From: Pseudobdellovibrionaceae bacterium
GTDB taxonomy: Bacteria; Bdellovibrionota; Bdellovibrionia; Bdellovibrionales; UBA1609
Direction: 5' to 3'
NCBI GenBank assembly: GCA_020635075.1
Contig: JACKAM010000002.1
Location: 593,811 to 657,810 of the forward strand
DNA length: 64,000 bases
Shown: positions 55,500 to 61,482 of the stretch, piece by piece
How the letters are laid out: each line of letters opens with the position of its first letter
Position numbering within the stretch: the first letter of the stretch is position 1
Program-made: the position numbers and the translations under genes
The notes under the pieces: model-generated
Seen by the model: the letters and a program-made list of their open reading frames with translations, nothing else
Databases searched by the model: none
What the model was told of the DNA's origin: nothing

Positions 55500-56743
55500 T
55501 GAAAATCGATATCCGAAAATCTCGCAGACCGCGCACGAACTGTGGCGCGGATTTGCTCTTCTGTTTTGTCGCCTTAACTTTGCCACTCAACCTGGCCTGC
55601 ACACCAAGCTTTTCGCCTAGAGTGGTCGAGACGCAGACCGGTGATGACCTTCATCTCGGGGGCTCCTCGCAAGACCCCCTTGAGATCCTTGAGGTCGACC
55701 CGGACCAGGCCCCGCCTGGTCTCGAATCCGAGTTGATTGAGATCGCAATGGAGAAGGTTGACCCCTCACTCCAAAGACAAGATTCAACGCCAAGTCTTGT
55801 GCTTGGAGTTGTGACCAGGGACTTCTCCCATGTTTACTCGCTGGGCGCCTCTCCCCAAGGTGTGCGCCCGAATATGAGAAGTCTCTACCCCATCAGCTCG
55901 GTTTCCAAAATGCTCACGGGATTGATTGCAACTACGGCTATAAAACAGGGACTCCTCTCTGGAGAGACACTAGTCTCGTCGGTGATTCGCCCTGAGTTAG
56001 CCGGTCTACTTGATTCACGACTCACCATTGATCATCTGCTCAGCCATTATGGTGGCTTCGAAGCCATGCCCAAGAATTTAGATAGCGGTGTCCCCTTGAG
56101 TCCTGCCTTTGGCTATTCAATGGAAGACCTAGGGGCATGCCTGGAATCCCTTTGCCCAAGAATAGGGCTGCCTGGAGAGAAGTACCAATATTCCAATCTG
56201 GGGCTTGGCCTTCTGGGAGTGGCGCTTGAAGACCACCTAGGTGCCGCCGATTACTCTGAGTTACTCACTCTCTGGTTAACAGATCCTTTCGGCATGAACG
56301 ACACCGTACTTAGTAGACACATCCTAACGATCGATCCAAATCAACAACGCCTTATCTCGGGAATTGGACAAGGTGGTCAGGATGTCGATCCGGCCCAGAT
56401 GGGGGTTTTGTCAGGCGCAGGCGAAGTCGTCACCACCGCTTACGACATGGTTTTGTTACTTCAATCCCTGGTGTTTGCGGAATCAGGGTCTTCAGCAGAC
56501 TTGGCTACCCGGGAGATCGCCTCAATCAACAACACCCACGCCATGGCCGCAGGCTTTGATATCTCCAAAGATCGCCCCTATGTTCTCTACTACAAAGGCG
56601 GAAGCCAACCTGGTTATGCGTCATTCATTGTTTGGTCTCCCGAGCTAGGAGCTGGACTTGTCCTTTTATCCAATAGGGGGAGCTTCTCTTCACACACCAA
56701 AGATCTCTCGTTCCGTCTCATCGACAGAATCGCCAGCGAGTAG
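55499..56743 (+). CDS. Beta-lactamase-family (class C-like) serine hydrolase
   Basis: SVSKMLTG (S-x-x-K). YSNLGLGLLG (Y-x-N region). The start overlaps the previous stop (TGATG). Confidence 0.8.
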   Translation: MKIDIRKSRRPRTNCGADLLFCFVALTLPLNLACTPSFSPRVVETQTGDDLHLGGSSQDPLEILEVDPDQAPPGLESELIEIAMEKVDPSLQRQDSTPSLVLGVVTRDFSHVYSLGASPQGVRPNMRSLYPISSVSKMLTGLIATTAIKQGLLSGETLVSSVIRPELAGLLDSRLTIDHLLSHYGGFEAMPKNLDSGVPLSPAFGYSMEDLGACLESLCPRIGLPGEKYQYSNLGLGLLGVALEDHLGAADYSELLTLWLTDPFGMNDTVLSRHILTIDPNQQRLISGIGQGGQDVDPAQMGVLSGAGEVVTTAYDMVLLLQSLVFAESGSSADLATREIASINNTHAMAAGFDISKDRPYVLYYKGGSQPGYASFIVWSPELGAGLVLLSNRGSFSSHTKDLSFRLIDRIASE

Positions 56744-56959
56744 CTAGGGCCCAGGCTTGCAATTTTTCTGGGCCATGGATTTTTTCCCCTTTGAAAGTTT
56801 GACCATTCTACATTTCTGACTGGGGCGGTGGATCAAGCCGCCCCTTGTGCGTTAACTGTACTGAAAAGTGTACGGTTATGGGGGCTATTGCCTGCAGGGT
56901 CTGTCTCGACCCAAAGGGCTTAGGCCCAGTCGAAATTTCAACAAACAAAGGGGTTTTCT

Positions 56960-57322
56960 ATGTCTCAATTTATGCGCGTTTTGTCAGCCGCATTGATTTT
57001 GGTTTTTGCCACGGCTTCGTTTGCAGCCATTAATCCTCAGTCGGTGGTCGCTGAAGATGTGGCCACAGCGGGTAAGCTTGATGAAAAACTGACCGGCCTG
57101 GGTCAGCTGGATCTGGAACAACTGATTAATCAAGACACAGTGGAAGATATCTTCCGCACGCCTGCCGGTGGAGAGAAGATGCAAACGGCTTCACTTTGGA
57201 CTTGCCGGGCTCACACCTACTGCCGCAATGGTCGACGAATGTTGAGTGACCGTCACCTTTTGGTATTGCTGAGCGTCCGAAAATCGCACAGATTTGCCTG
57301 TTCGGACGCTCTCTACAGCTGA
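56960..57322 (+). CDS. Small secreted hypothetical protein (3' end doubtful)
   Basis: Signal peptide MSQFMRVLSAALILVFATASFA. The last ~25 codons run through the inverted repeat and hairpin of the adjacent Y1-transposase unit and may not be genuine coding sequence. Confidence 0.35.
   Translation: MSQFMRVLSAALILVFATASFAAINPQSVVAEDVATAGKLDEKLTGLGQLDLEQLINQDTVEDIFRTPAGGEKMQTASLWTCRAHTYCRNGRRMLSDRHLLVLLSVRKSHRFACSDALYS
57241..57268. repeat. Left 28-bp inverted repeat (REP-like) of the Y1-transposase unit
   Basis: GTTGAGTGACCGTCACCTTTTGGTATTG matches the reverse complement of 58021-58048 at 24/28. It contains the palindrome GTGAC-C-GTCAC. Confidence 0.85.
57271..57311. repeat. Perfect 11-bp-stem hairpin (GAGCGTCCGAA ... 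TTCGGACGCTC, 19-nt loop)
   Basis: Read directly from the sequence. It lies between the left repeat and the transposase start. Confidence 0.9.
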
Positions 57323-57349
57323 CATGGCGGGTGGGGATCGGCACATCGG

Positions 57350-58036
57350 TTGCTGGGCATATCTGACGTGTCTAGAAAGAGCGTCATCTACACCTGTGAC
57401 CACCCCTATCATGTTTCTGCCCGATTCAATAATCGAGAGTGGCTAGAAATCCCGATGAGCTATGCCTTCGGGATTTACGGTAACATCCTGTCAGAAAGTA
57501 TTGATAGGTATCACATCCATCTTCACGCTTTTGTGCTCATGAACAACCACTTCCACATGATCGTATCTACCCCAGAAAGCAACATTGGAAACTTCCTGAA
57601 ATACTTTATGACTAAAACCTCAAAGGGCATTGCCAACAGATCCCAGAGAATCAACCACATCTATGGCGGAAGAAATCACAAATCTCTCATCGACAACTCG
57701 GTCTACTATGCTCACTGCTTGAAATATGTCCTTCGTAACCCCGTCAAGGCTGGCGTATGCACCAAAGTGGAGGACTACCCATGGTCCTCTATTTCAAAGA
57801 AGGGAAACAAAATCTGCCGCCTCATAACACCACTATCTCTTGGCCATGAAGAGCACCTACCGACAAGCACCAAAGAGAGAATCTCCTGGTTTAATGTCCC
57901 TCCTCCAGCAGAAGTGGATCGAGTGATTTCCCAAGCCTGCAAAAGATCCATCTTCAAACCCAAAACCGACCACCTCACCAAAAAACACCCCAACCTATTC
58001 GCCCACCTCCCGACCCCACGCAGTACCAAAAAGTGA
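57350..58036 (+). CDS. IS200-like Y1 (HUH) transposase family protein, RAYT-like
   Basis: HLHAFVLMNNHFHMIV (HUH). YAHCLKYVLRNPVKAGV...DYPWSS (Tyr region). Confidence 0.75.
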   Translation: MLGISDVSRKSVIYTCDHPYHVSARFNNREWLEIPMSYAFGIYGNILSESIDRYHIHLHAFVLMNNHFHMIVSTPESNIGNFLKYFMTKTSKGIANRSQRINHIYGGRNHKSLIDNSVYYAHCLKYVLRNPVKAGVCTKVEDYPWSSISKKGNKICRLITPLSLGHEEHLPTSTKERISWFNVPPPAEVDRVISQACKRSIFKPKTDHLTKKHPNLFAHLPTPRSTKK

Positions 58037-58048
58037 CGGTCACCTAAC
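58021..58048. repeat. Right 28-bp inverted repeat of the Y1-transposase unit
   Basis: CAGTACCAAAAAGTGACGGTCACCTAAC. It overlaps the transposase stop codon (58034-58036). Confidence 0.85.
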
Positions 58049-58050
58049 TA

Positions 58051-58284
58051 TTAAAATGGGGCCGTTTCAGAGTTTTGAGCCTGTTCCTGTTTACGATCTT
58101 GCAGTTGAATGACGTAGCGTTGGTTTGGCAGTAGGTAGAGTTCAAAGCTCAGAGATTCACCAGAACGAGATGGCCATGCACGGCCCACTCTGTTCCAGGC
58201 GGTTTTCTTTTCTACTTGTCCGTTGACTCTTGTTTCATATTCTTTAGCGACAATAACGTCGAAAAATTTTGTACTCATGTTCAT
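58051..58284 (-). CDS. Small hypothetical protein (77 aa), weakly DUF736-like
   Basis: GGAAGGA RBS and an ATG at 58284. ...KKTAWNRVGRAWPSRSGESLSFELYLLP loosely resembles the DUF736 core. Low confidence on family. Confidence 0.4.
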   Translation of the reverse strand: MNMSTKFFDVIVAKEYETRVNGQVEKKTAWNRVGRAWPSRSGESLSFELYLLPNQRYVIQLQDRKQEQAQNSETAPF

Positions 58285-58383
58285 TTCCTTCCCTTTGTGG
58301 TTGATATATAAAATCTGGCGTAAGTGAGTTTGGTAAAGTAAGTTCGCCAATTGACCAGAGGTAAAAGTCGTAGCAATCGAGAA

Positions 58384-58623
58384 TCACAAGACACCTCTGG
58401 AAACGACTCCATAGGAGTAGTCGCCCAGAGCATCCCCACGCATGATTCGTTCATTTTCTATTTGGTTCTGACGAGCCTTCTTTGATCCTCTAAACTCAAT
58501 GTCTCGCCAAGCCAGATATCCGATGTCTTGCTCAGGTGAAAAATTGCAGTTTATGCAATGTGCGTGCGTTTCAAGTAGTTCATAACTTTGATCCCCGCAG
58601 CGGGGACATTTATTGAAATACAT
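58384..58623 (-). CDS. Small zinc-ribbon hypothetical protein
   Basis: CPRCGDQ...CINC, 79 aa. Confidence 0.5.
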   Translation of the reverse strand: MYFNKCPRCGDQSYELLETHAHCINCNFSPEQDIGYLAWRDIEFRGSKKARQNQIENERIMRGDALGDYSYGVVSRGVL

Positions 58624-58936
58624 TTGCTACCCCTTTCTTGAGCGCCAATCCATTCAGCGCCTTTCACTTATTTAAGTTGCAAGAAAGTGGGCAAGTTGTG
58701 CCAAGTTGGTGTCCGTCTGTAACAGCATAGAATTGCGATTGAATTTTAAGTGCATTCAAAAAATGGAACTTTTAAAATGACTAGATAGTTTCAATAATGA
58801 ACATTCTGGTGGAACAAGAGATGGTTCATTTTCGGGACTTTGGAATTTCAGAACAAAATACTTAGATCTTAGGCACATATTAGGTGCGGAGCATCAAGCC
58901 CCATCACACGGATTGCCAATCAACAGTGTTTAAGAA

Positions 58937-59350
58937 ATGCTTCAAAAGGTTTTGATATTCTCATTAACTTTGATAAGTTACTTGCCAATGAGAATCTTTT
59001 TATTGGTTTATTTCACATTTTCAATTCTGGTAGACCCTTGGGTCGATAGTAAGCCTAGTGATATAGAAACGCACAATGAAATCCAAGTAGCGTCAACCCA
59101 GAGCCAAACAGTTAGTACAGAGGGAAGCCAAGCTTTAGATATTCAACAAAAACAAGAATCCCATCATCACAATGATTGTCCAGAAAGTTGTCCAGAACAC
59201 ACATGCCATCTCGGACATTGTGGGTTTTTAGTTGGTGACCGAATGTCAACTATTCCACCGGCTTCCAATGAACAGTTTAGTGAATACCGTCAATTTGCCC
59301 CCAGTGGACCAGTCTTCGGAATTAAAAGACCTCCTAAATTTAATGCGTAA
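58937..59350 (+). CDS. Membrane-anchored Cys/His-motif protein, first gene of the metal-efflux cluster
   Basis: N-terminal TM segment and HHHNDCPESCPEHTCHLGHCGF. It is positioned like the small accessory ORFs of czc/cus-type operons. Confidence 0.5.
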   Translation: MLQKVLIFSLTLISYLPMRIFLLVYFTFSILVDPWVDSKPSDIETHNEIQVASTQSQTVSTEGSQALDIQQKQESHHHNDCPESCPEHTCHLGHCGFLVGDRMSTIPPASNEQFSEYRQFAPSGPVFGIKRPPKFNA

Positions 59351-59404
59351 ATCCGCATAAAAATAATTTGCACAATTAAATATTTAAAATTTAGGGAGGA
59401 CTTT

Positions 59405-59572
59405 ATGAAGTCTATATTATCAATTTGCGTTTTAGCATTTATTTTGAGTGCATGCTCAACCTCGCAATCAAGGCGTGATCCAAATTGCGCTAAAAATAGT
59501 GACAAGAAATGCGAAAGCTCTACAACTAAATCTTCTCACGATCACTCGAATCATGTGAGAGAGCGTCCATAA
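59405..59572 (+). CDS. Small lipoprotein (55 aa), below the ORF-track cutoff
   Basis: GGGAGG RBS 7 nt upstream. MKSILSICVLAFILSAC lipobox. C-terminal SSHDHSNH. The stop lies 10 nt before the OMF start. Confidence 0.5.
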   Translation: MKSILSICVLAFILSACSTSQSRRDPNCAKNSDKKCESSTTKSSHDHSNHVRERP

Positions 59573-59582
59573 GGAGAGAAAT

Positions 59583-60814
59583 ATGAGACTTAAGCTATTC
59601 ATAGGGCTAATTACCCTGCTTTTGTCACACCTTTCTTTTGCACAGGAGGGAGCTATTAGCTCCTCCTGTCAAAAGCCAGGGGATAAAAACAAACTATTTT
59701 GGTGCTTAGTAAAAAGTAAACCTGAAGTAAGACTCCAAGAAGTTGACGTTAAAGTTCGTGACAACGCCATATCTGAGGCAGCTCAGATGTTGAACCCCGA
59801 ACTAGAGATTGAATCCATTGACAATAAAGCAGGTGGGCTAACAAGCGAAGTAACGTTGAAGCACACTTTTGAGTTGGGAGGAAAACGTGGCTCAAGAGAA
59901 CAGGTCGCTATGGCTGAAAAAGGAATTTCTGAAACGAGACATTTAGCGGAATTGGAAGAAGCTTCTAGAGAATTCGCTGTTAAAATTTTCAGACTTAGAC
60001 AAATTAATACTGAACTTGAACTTGCCACTGAAAATCTTGAAACCTTTAGAGGCATACAACGGCAATATAAGAAGTTAGGCAGGCTTAACCCAGAGCAATC
60101 CGTTTCGGTCTCTGTATTTGAAATCGCAGAGCAGGAAACAGAATTAAAGAAAGAGGCATTATCTCTCAAGAAAAAAAACCAAATTTTGAGTGAGTTTCAG
60201 TCAATACTTGGAAGTGGATTTGCATTAAACGAAAAACTGCTGCCAGACTTACGATCCGATTGGCCTAATATAAATGTTGATGAGATTAAAAACTCAACCC
60301 ATTTGAATCTCAAAAAGAAGTAGATTTAGCGTCAGCAAAATATGGATTAGCAAAATCTGAATCCTGGCCTGACCTTTCAATTGGACCGAAGATTGAGCAA
60401 ACCACAGGAGACGTAAACGAGACCACATTTGGGGTAGCGCTAAGTTTACCTCTCCCTATTCTTAGCCTAAATGGTGGAGGTAGGGCAAAGGCGTCCAGTG
60501 AGCTTCAAAAAGCTGAGTTACAAAGAAAATTAATCTCAAATCGACTGGAACAATACAAAAACTTTCTTTTAAGTTCATATCTTTCGTCTTCAAAGATAGT
60601 CCAAAAGTCAGTTAAACGAGCAAATATTCAAAAACGTCATAAAAATCTCCATACTCTTTTAAATAGAGGAGTTGTGAACTCAGCTCTTGTTATTGAGATG
60701 CACCGAGAGGTGTTTGAGTTTTATGAAGGCTTGCACGAGCACGAACTCAAGGCCATTGATGCGCTTTGGAGACTATACGCTCTCAAGGGCACATTACTAA
60801 AAGAGGAGATTTAA
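59583..60814 (+). pseudogene. TolC/CzcC-family outer-membrane factor, reading frame broken once (or a sequencing error)
   Basis: Frame 1 covers 59583-60323 and frame 2 is open from 60291 to TAA at 60812-60814. Frame 2 reads ...KLNPFESQKEVDLASAKYGLAKSESWPDLSIGPKIE..., the second OMF repeat. The shift is most simply placed in the A5 run at 60288-60292. Confidence 0.75.
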
Positions 60815-60817
60815 ACT

Positions 60818-61471
60818 GTGAAAAATTTTATTACAATAGTTGCAATTCTAACAATGGGTACATTTTCTTGCTACTCTATAGCTGAAGATGGACACGATCA
60901 TGACCATAAATCCGAGAGACACGAATCAGGCCATGACAGAGATCACGACCATAAGAATGAAAATCATGACGAACACGAGCATGAAGAAGAGGAAGATGAA
61001 AAGCATGGGCATCATGGGGATAAGGAAAATCGCGACAGCCATGAAGGACATAACGATCACGACGATCATGGATCTGAGGACTCCCATGGACACGGGCATG
61101 GTGAAGAATCCTTTGGCGAGGGAAAAGCCATTACTGCCGTATTTAATGAGGGGGAGAAATTTAAGCTCTCAATTGAATCAGAAAAACTGCTTGGAATTAA
61201 AACCTCACCACTTGAACTAGCTGGTGGTAGCAAATACAAAATTTCAAACGAATCTCTTGTTCGGTATCAGAACCATTTAGGTGTTTTTGTTAAAAAAGAT
61301 GGCTGGTTTGTTCTTATTAAATTGGAAAAAGCTCAACCTAAAGAAAACTATTTTGTTATTGAATCAACTGAACTGAACAAGGGTGAACAAATTGTAAATT
61401 CAGGAGTTTCACTTTTAAGAGTGGCTCACCTTCAGGCATCTGGTCAAGGTGGCAAAGGCCATGCCCACTAA
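60818..61471 (+). CDS. Very short (217 aa) His/Asp/Glu-rich periplasmic adaptor-like protein in the MFP position
   Basis: GTG start with AGGAG upstream, and a signal peptide. A region of about 75 aa is rich in H, D and E. This is followed by MFP-like N-terminal (FKLSIESEKLLGIKTSPLE) and C-terminal (GVFVKKDGWFVLIKLEKAQPKENYFVIES.ELNKGEQIVNSGVSLL) segments, with no room for lipoyl or hairpin domains. Confidence 0.6.
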   Translation: MKNFITIVAILTMGTFSCYSIAEDGHDHDHKSERHESGHDRDHDHKNENHDEHEHEEEEDEKHGHHGDKENRDSHEGHNDHDDHGSEDSHGHGHGEESFGEGKAITAVFNEGEKFKLSIESEKLLGIKTSPLELAGGSKYKISNESLVRYQNHLGVFVKKDGWFVLIKLEKAQPKENYFVIESTELNKGEQIVNSGVSLLRVAHLQASGQGGKGHAH

Positions 61472-61482
61472 GGAGTTGAACA

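Noticed and set aside
55116-55586. 156-aa antisense ORF opposite the Cys-rich repeat gene.
   Set aside because: The plus-strand gene has an RBS, a signal peptide and an internally repeated Cys pattern. The antisense ORF is Arg-rich and has no start context.
60888-61220. 110-aa alternative-frame ORF inside the His-rich gene.
   Set aside because: It is a by-product of the low-complexity CAT/GAT/GAA-rich DNA. The annotated frame has the signal peptide, the RBS and the MFP-like C-terminus.
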